49,283 nt of DNA from Alistipes onderdonkii. Lineage in GTDB: Bacteria; Bacillota_I; Bacilli_A; RFN20; CAG-288. The number at the start of each line of letters is the position of its first letter. The stretch's first letter is position 1. Positions 43,555 through 49,283 of this stretch are shown piece after piece. The notes under the pieces are model-generated. The model was not told where the DNA came from, searched no databases, and was given only the letters and a program-made list of their open reading frames with translations. The stretch covers positions 1 through 49,283 of the forward strand of contig CAVALL010000001.1 in the NCBI GenBank assembly GCA_963589675.1, read 5' to 3'. A program made the translations under genes and the position numbers.

Positions 43555-44049
43555 CTAGAATTCTAATTTCTGTATAACGCCTCTTGTACGATAATCATAG
43601 AGTTTCAATCCGTTCTCATCCATGACAAGATAGGAATGAATGCCGTCTCTTGGATTGGCAAAGCTTCCTGGATTAGCGATGATCCTGTTGTCACTCTCTT
43701 TCCTTAGTGTCGAGATATGAGTATGTCCAAAGAAGAAAATATCATAAGGTAGCTCATAAGAATAGGGAGACTCATAATGTCCATGAGAGAGAACAATCAC
43801 CTTACCGAACTGATAGTCAAGATTGACATAGGGCATTAAAAAGCGCGCTTTATCGATATCGCTTTCTGAGTCGCAGTTTCCCGCTACCGCCACAATATTC
43901 TCCGAGATAGGATTCAGTATTTCAATACTATCAAAAAGAAGATCTCCTAATAGGTAAAGTTTATCAAACTCACCCTCTTTGAAGAGTTCAACAAGTGCGT
44001 TTGTATAAGGTATGTCTCCGTGAAGATCGGATGCAATCAGTATTTTCAT
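43555..44049 (-). CDS. YfcE/MJ0936-family metallophosphoesterase, tandem paralog
   Basis: ORF 43555..44115. By alignment to the neighbour (MNLLIGSDIHGS versus MKILIASDLHGD) the start is probably ATG 44049, though no clear SD is present. Motifs are LLGDLL, GNCDSE, LSHGH and FGHTH. Confidence 0.75.
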   Translation of the reverse strand: MKILIASDLHGDIPYTNALVELFKEGEFDKLYLLGDLLFDSIEILNPISENIVAVAGNCDSESDIDKARFLMPYVNLDYQFGKVIVLSHGHYESPYSYELPYDIFFFGHTHISTLRKESDNRIIANPGSFANPRDGIHSYLVMDENGLKLYDYRTRGVIQKLEF

Positions 44050-44159
44050 AACATCAATTATAAAAAGAAGAGAGGAAATTGAAAAGAAGGAAACGTTTCC
44101 TTTTTTCATTTTCATCCCTTGTTATGCTATCATTGAATGCGTAAATAGGAGGAAGGACT

Positions 44160-44906
44160 ATGGAAATCCTTTTCGCTTCTGATTTTGATGGGACATTCTA
44201 CTTCCGTGACGGCTTTCACAAAGAAGACATCGATAGCATACACCGATTCCAGAAAGAAGGATTCCGTTTCGGTCTTTGTACCGGTAGATCCTATACCGGT
44301 GTCATGGAAGTCGTAAAGGATTTAATTGATTTTGATTTCTATATCCTTGTGACTGGCTCCTACGTATTAGCAAAAGACACATCAACGATTTATGAGCTTT
44401 CAATCGATAGCGATATCGCAAAAGAAATCTATCTAAAATATAAGGACAACTATTCAATCGCCATCAATACAGGAAAAGATTACATCATCACAAGCGATAA
44501 GCTTGATGTGTTCAAGGAAGAACCCCATCCTTTTCCAGATAATAATAGAATATTCTGTGTATCCATCTGTTATCGATCCAATAAGGAGGCGACAGAAGAG
44601 AAGAAAAAGATAGAGGAAAACTATCCCTATCTTACCGCCCATCAGAATGGTACCTATCTCGATGTCACGGATAAGGAATGTTCAAAAGGAAATGCAGTTG
44701 ATACACTAAAGAAAGAATATGAAAAACCATTTGTCTTCGGTATCGGAGACAACTATAACGATATCACTCTATTAGATAGTGCGGATATATCATTTACCTT
44801 CACCTATTCCGATGATGAAGTAAAGAAACACGCTGATTATGTTGTAAACAACCTAAAGGAAGCAATTGAGATTGCAGAAGGCCTCATAAAGAAAGGATTG
44901 CAATAA
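44160..44906 (+). CDS. Cof-type HAD-IIB family hydrolase
   Basis: N-terminal FASDFDGTF (DxD), LCTGRS, and C-terminal GIGDNYNDITLL. Confidence 0.8.
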   Translation: MEILFASDFDGTFYFRDGFHKEDIDSIHRFQKEGFRFGLCTGRSYTGVMEVVKDLIDFDFYILVTGSYVLAKDTSTIYELSIDSDIAKEIYLKYKDNYSIAINTGKDYIITSDKLDVFKEEPHPFPDNNRIFCVSICYRSNKEATEEKKKIEENYPYLTAHQNGTYLDVTDKECSKGNAVDTLKKEYEKPFVFGIGDNYNDITLLDSADISFTFTYSDDEVKKHADYVVNNLKEAIEIAEGLIKKGLQ

Positions 44907-46074
44907 CCTTCTCTTGTCTTCCTCCCACCATATAAGGGATTCTATCTTTGGAAATATAGACATCGGTTTCACTTCTCATTCCAAAGTCAGGAGCATAGAT
45001 TCCTGGTTCCAATGAGAAGGATGTGTTTTCAATGAGATTTCTTTCATCATGGGACTCATAGTCATCAATATTGGCTCCTGGTCCATGAGGAGAGACATCC
45101 TTGGAGATGTTGTGTCCAGTACGATGAATGAAGTATTCTCCATATCCAGCTTTATCAATGACATCTCTTACGACATCATCGACCTCATAGCCCTTCACAT
45201 CACGAAGCGGAAGGTTCTTTTCTAAGTACTCAAATCCAGAATCGACTGCCTTTCTTAGAATCGCAAATCGATCTTCTACAACCTTTGGTACACTTTCTCC
45301 TACATATCCCATCCAGGTGATATCTCCGTATACACTGTTTGGAATATCTTTCTTTGCCCACATATCGATGAGAACGACATCTCCTTTATGAATCTTGGAT
45401 GAGACATTCTCACTTGGTCCATAATGAGGGTCACTAGCATTATGGTTGATCGCAACGATAGCAGGATCATCATAGATATAGCCTTCCTCATGAAGTTGAT
45501 TGCAGATAAAGGACTGAATCTCATACTCATCTGATTCACCTTTTGTAAGGATATCCTCTTTGATTTTCTTGAAAGCTTCATCCTTGATCATCATCAAAGC
45601 ATTGCAGGCTTCAATTTGAGTCTTCTCTTCTTCTTCACTGAAGGCAGCATAAAGATACTGTTGCATATTAGCACTTGATACTACTTTATGTCCTAATGAT
45701 AGAAGATACTCAACGCTTCCATAGTCAGCAAGAGAGACTCTAGGGAGCAATCCGTCACTTGAAATATCCATACATAGTGTCGGATAGTCCTTTAATAAGT
45801 CTCTTTCTAACTCTAGCATCTCTTTCCAGGTCTTATAGACATGGAGATTGAATTGGCTCGTAATCCTTTCCTGGTTCAAGAAGACGGTATCGATCTTATG
45901 ACAGATCAAAAATGGTTTTCCTTCTCTTGGTATGACCATAATGATTTTTCTAGTCAGCATCAAGTCACCGAGCATAGAGACCATGATCGGATTTTTGTTC
46001 TCGTAATCGACTAGAACCCAACAGGAGACAGAGGAAGGAAGTCTCTTTTGTATTTCAGATATTTTGTTTGACAT
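44884..46074 (-). CDS. M24-family metallopeptidase (Xaa-Pro peptidase-like)
   Basis: ORF 44884..46104; an AGGATGGTGA-like SD favours ATG 46074. Pita-bread motifs are VLIDMWA, HRTGHNIS, SLEPGIY and ETDV. Confidence 0.8.
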   Translation of the reverse strand: MSNKISEIQKRLPSSVSCWVLVDYENKNPIMVSMLGDLMLTRKIIMVIPREGKPFLICHKIDTVFLNQERITSQFNLHVYKTWKEMLELERDLLKDYPTLCMDISSDGLLPRVSLADYGSVEYLLSLGHKVVSSANMQQYLYAAFSEEEEKTQIEACNALMMIKDEAFKKIKEDILTKGESDEYEIQSFICNQLHEEGYIYDDPAIVAINHNASDPHYGPSENVSSKIHKGDVVLIDMWAKKDIPNSVYGDITWMGYVGESVPKVVEDRFAILRKAVDSGFEYLEKNLPLRDVKGYEVDDVVRDVIDKAGYGEYFIHRTGHNISKDVSPHGPGANIDDYESHDERNLIENTSFSLEPGIYAPDFGMRSETDVYISKDRIPYMVGGRQEKVIAILSL

Positions 46075-46227
46075 TGTTTTCACCATCCTGAAATAGTTTA
46101 GCACACTGAATGCTGCTTATCTCTTTTTCCACTTTGTGTGAGAGAAAAGAAACCGTGAATTATTTTTAATATAGGAGACAACAATATTCACATTGTTATA
46201 AAATATTTCGGTTAGAGGGGGATCAAC

Positions 46228-49203
46228 ATGAACTTCAAGAACAAGAAGATGAAAAGAATCATGAAGATCCTCTTTGCCATCTGTTATTTTGGATGCTGTC
46301 TTGTCTTGATCGTCGAAGCTGCACTTCCTGGAAGTGTCTCCGCCAATCAGAGCAATACAATAGGCGGTGGAATCGCTGATATCATCAACAATGGAGCCGG
46401 TGATCAATCGGTCCTTATCAAGCCGACAAAAGTGAAGCTGACAAAGCCGGAATCTACTTCTATCTTTGTAGGAGATACGATCAAACTTGAAACTACAATT
46501 GAACCAGAAGACTGCTCCTATAAATCTATCTCATTTGAATCTGATAACGATGACGTTCTAAGCGTCGATGAAAACGGAACATTGTTTGCAAAAAAGGATG
46601 GCAAGGCAACCATCAAAGCCTACTCCACATCCTTTCCTGAGATATCCGATACATTGTCTTTTACAGTCCGCGACATCATAGAGACATCGATTGAGTCTAG
46701 TTTGTTAAATACAAACAAAAATGAGGATGGCTACTATGTTCTAGAAGCCAATCATTCCTATTCGATTGAGACTGCTTTTACTCCTAACAATGTTACAGAT
46801 AAATCTCTCACCTATTCTCTATTTTGTGATGGTATGACTGATACCGAAATAGATAGTCTAATCACAGTTCAGGGAAATACTCTCTACGCGAAAAAGAAAA
46901 CAGAGGAAAATAAACCAGTTGAGGTGAAAGTCACTTCAAAGAATTATTCGACATCCTCATTCTATATCCTGATTGAAGAGAACCAAGAGGAAGTCATACC
47001 GCTTGAATCCATTTCTGTGAAAGGCAAAAGCAATCCTTCCTACTCTTTAGCAGTCAAGGAAAGCGTTGCCTTCACTTCAAAGTACGATATCAGTTTTTCA
47101 CCGAGCAATGCCACCTACAAGCAATACCGTCTAGAATCCTCTGATCCATCCATCATCAAAGTATCAAGCAATAATATCATCGGTGTCAAAGAAGGGGAAT
47201 GTGATATCACGGTCTATTCCACCTATTACGACTTGAGTTCATCCATTCGAGTCAAAGTTGCAAAAAGGCCGCTTGAAAGAATCAATATCTCCCTGAACTA
47301 TCAGTCAGAGGCAAGGATCAAGAAAGGTAGTTCATCCTATATCCGATACTCTTCCGCGTATCCTAGCAATTCTGATCCTATCCTACAGAAACTATATGAT
47401 TATCAATCCAGTGATACGGATATCATCACTGTGAATTCCACAGGTAAAGTAACTGCTAAGGAAAAAGGAAGTGCTACTGTTACGATGAACTTCTATCAAA
47501 GCAAAGAGGAGATGAACAATCATATTGTATCCCTTTCTAAGTCTCTTCTTATCACAGTATTCGAACCATCCAAAATCAGTTCGATAACGTATACGAATAC
47601 GCTGGATGAAACGGATGATGACTCTCATGTCCTATACAATGGAAAAGAATACAACCTATCTTCCTATATCAAAGTCGACAAGATGTATGATGTCGATGGA
47701 AATCTGATTGATTCATCGAAAGAAGGCGTATCAAAGGAACTGACATATTCAATCACAAGTCTCTCCTCATCGACTGGTGATACATTGAATGTCACAATCA
47801 ATAACAGTAAGCTTTCCACAAAGGAAAACAAGGCCTGTGGAATTGTTACTATCGAATATTTCCATACGGAATCTGGACTCTCTGAAACTGTAGAGTACAC
47901 GATTATAAATGAGATGAATCCGATCATTGAAAGTGAGTATTCATCAGATACTATTCAAACCGCTAGCAGCAAAAAAGAGTTTGATGGAAAAGAATATGAT
48001 AGTCTTTCCACAAGGTTGGATTTCTATGTCACATCGAGTGCAACGATACGATTCGATGACAATCAGTCTTATTCATTCAAGACATCTAAGAATGCTTCCT
48101 CATACCTCTCTGTCACTTCCACTTCCTCTAACGCTATCTCATTCAGAGGCGTCGATGAAGGAGTTGTGACTCTTCTTATCACTCCGATTTTTGATGGAAA
48201 AGAGATATTAGGTGCTTCCAAGTTGATGGATATCTCTGTCCATCATAAGTTAGCCACTTCCTTCTCAATCCATCTATTTGAAAACGATACAGAGATTGAC
48301 TTAACTGACAAAACAGATGAGACAGGAAAATCTTCTCTTTCTGTCTATGTCGATTCGGCCATTCGACTTGAGACTGTCTATGCCCCCTTTGAGACACCGA
48401 CACACTATCGTCTCTCTGTCACAACCAAAGATAAGAATATCGCTAGTTTTAAGAATTCCACTTTTAAATTCAGCATGGTCGGAAAAGCGACATTCCTGAT
48501 TAAAGAGGAAGTGTCTGGTTATTCAAAAGAGGTCACTTTCTATGTGATCAACAGAGTCAAACTGGATGAGGAAAATCCGATCTCCATCAAACAGAACAAT
48601 GCCTCTTATGACAAGGAGACAAACTCCTATCATATCGAAAATGGATCCCCTGCCATTATCGTTACAAACTTTGATAAGTCTTCTACTTTCAAGAAGGTGA
48701 AATATGAAAGCTCTGATGAAGAGATACTCCTTGTCGGTGATGATGGAAAGATCACTCCATTGAAGGCAGGAAACTGCGATATCAATTGTCTTATCAATGA
48801 CAACAACAGCATCGATTACAAGATCAATGTCCATATCGTTGTCGACAAAAAGAAACTGATTTCGAATATGACCTCCTTCCTCTTTATGATCCGTAAAGGC
48901 CTTGGTCATTTCGGCGCTTTCTTGATTACTGCTGTATTCTCAGTCCTCTTCTATCTGTTTGTCTTTGATGATAAGAGAAACTGGTTCTTCTCCATTCCAT
49001 TCATTTTCTTACAGGGACTCTTTGTTGCTGAACTGACTGAATTCATTCAGTTATTCACTCCGAACCGTTCCGGTCTTTGGAGTGATGTCATGATCGACTT
49101 CACTGGTTTTTCAATCGGTGCCTCATTCACTCTGTTTGTCATTTTGCTTTATTATCTCATTCGATATTTGGTGAATAAGAAGAAAGAGAAAAAGAAAGAA
49201 TAG
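46228..49203 (+). CDS. Membrane protein: N-terminal anchor, array of Big_2-type Ig-like domains, C-terminal VanZ-like membrane domain
   Basis: Repeated Big_2-like signatures (VGDTIKLETTIEPED, GKATIKAYS, EGECDITVYS, KGSATVTMNF, AGNCDINCLI). The C-terminus GLGHFGAFLITAVF...AELTEFIQLFTPNRSGLWSDVMIDFTGFSIG matches the VanZ pattern. Confidence 0.75.
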   Translation: MNFKNKKMKRIMKILFAICYFGCCLVLIVEAALPGSVSANQSNTIGGGIADIINNGAGDQSVLIKPTKVKLTKPESTSIFVGDTIKLETTIEPEDCSYKSISFESDNDDVLSVDENGTLFAKKDGKATIKAYSTSFPEISDTLSFTVRDIIETSIESSLLNTNKNEDGYYVLEANHSYSIETAFTPNNVTDKSLTYSLFCDGMTDTEIDSLITVQGNTLYAKKKTEENKPVEVKVTSKNYSTSSFYILIEENQEEVIPLESISVKGKSNPSYSLAVKESVAFTSKYDISFSPSNATYKQYRLESSDPSIIKVSSNNIIGVKEGECDITVYSTYYDLSSSIRVKVAKRPLERINISLNYQSEARIKKGSSSYIRYSSAYPSNSDPILQKLYDYQSSDTDIITVNSTGKVTAKEKGSATVTMNFYQSKEEMNNHIVSLSKSLLITVFEPSKISSITYTNTLDETDDDSHVLYNGKEYNLSSYIKVDKMYDVDGNLIDSSKEGVSKELTYSITSLSSSTGDTLNVTINNSKLSTKENKACGIVTIEYFHTESGLSETVEYTIINEMNPIIESEYSSDTIQTASSKKEFDGKEYDSLSTRLDFYVTSSATIRFDDNQSYSFKTSKNASSYLSVTSTSSNAISFRGVDEGVVTLLITPIFDGKEILGASKLMDISVHHKLATSFSIHLFENDTEIDLTDKTDETGKSSLSVYVDSAIRLETVYAPFETPTHYRLSVTTKDKNIASFKNSTFKFSMVGKATFLIKEEVSGYSKEVTFYVINRVKLDEENPISIKQNNASYDKETNSYHIENGSPAIIVTNFDKSSTFKKVKYESSDEEILLVGDDGKITPLKAGNCDINCLINDNNSIDYKINVHIVVDKKKLISNMTSFLFMIRKGLGHFGAFLITAVFSVLFYLFVFDDKRNWFFSIPFIFLQGLFVAELTEFIQLFTPNRSGLWSDVMIDFTGFSIGASFTLFVILLYYLIRYLVNKKKEKKKE

Positions 49204-49283
49204 CCCTTCATTTGTTTAACGAACCTTAAATCAACGTTAAATCTTTATTGATTGTAAAGACTGGTTTTACATTGTCTTATATT

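Overview
This 49.3-kb window comes from a low-GC Gram-positive bacterium using the standard genetic code. My guess is a gut Bacillota organism of Erysipelotrichia or Clostridia type, but that is unverified. All family names below are motif recognition by eye; no searches were run.

The window has four blocks:

1. **1-16.2 kb, + strand.** One tightly packed operon with no internal terminator. It encodes two paralogous about 250-aa secreted proteins, a SipW-type (S26B) signal peptidase with unusual extensions, and a McrB-like AAA+ ATPase whose N-terminus is a 4-TM membrane domain. These are followed by a McrC/DUF2357-like partner ending in a zinc ribbon, an ABC exporter pair, a beta-helix exoprotein and a lipoprotein with phage-fibre-like repeats. 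The operon ends with a third about 250-aa paralog interrupted at a G8 tract, an about 900-aa exoprotein and a private Lgt-like transferase. I consider this the best candidate for an undescribed system. It could be surface-fibre or envelope assembly, or a membrane-coupled McrBC-like module.
2. **16.3-29.3 kb, - strand.** A Gram-positive polysaccharide-utilisation-type operon. It encodes a solute-binding lipoprotein, two permeases, an (alpha/alpha)6-like enzyme, three surface proteins carrying seven copies of one unassigned module, and a CE2-like SGNH esterase.
3. **29.4-31.6 kb.** A visibly GC-rich IS (IS1634/IS4-like transposase) lies against the 3' remnant of the operon's MsmX-type ATPase gene.
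4. **31.6-49.2 kb.** Housekeeping genes: alpha/beta hydrolase, TrmH methyltransferase, DUF45 peptidase, tRNA-Leu(GAG), gldA, rmuC, an ABC-2 pair, a GlpA-like/oxidoreductase/DUF1667 trio, two YfcE-type phosphoesterases, a HAD hydrolase and an M24 peptidase. The block ends with a 991-aa Ig-array protein carrying a C-terminal VanZ domain.

No CRISPR array, rRNA gene or prophage structural module was seen.
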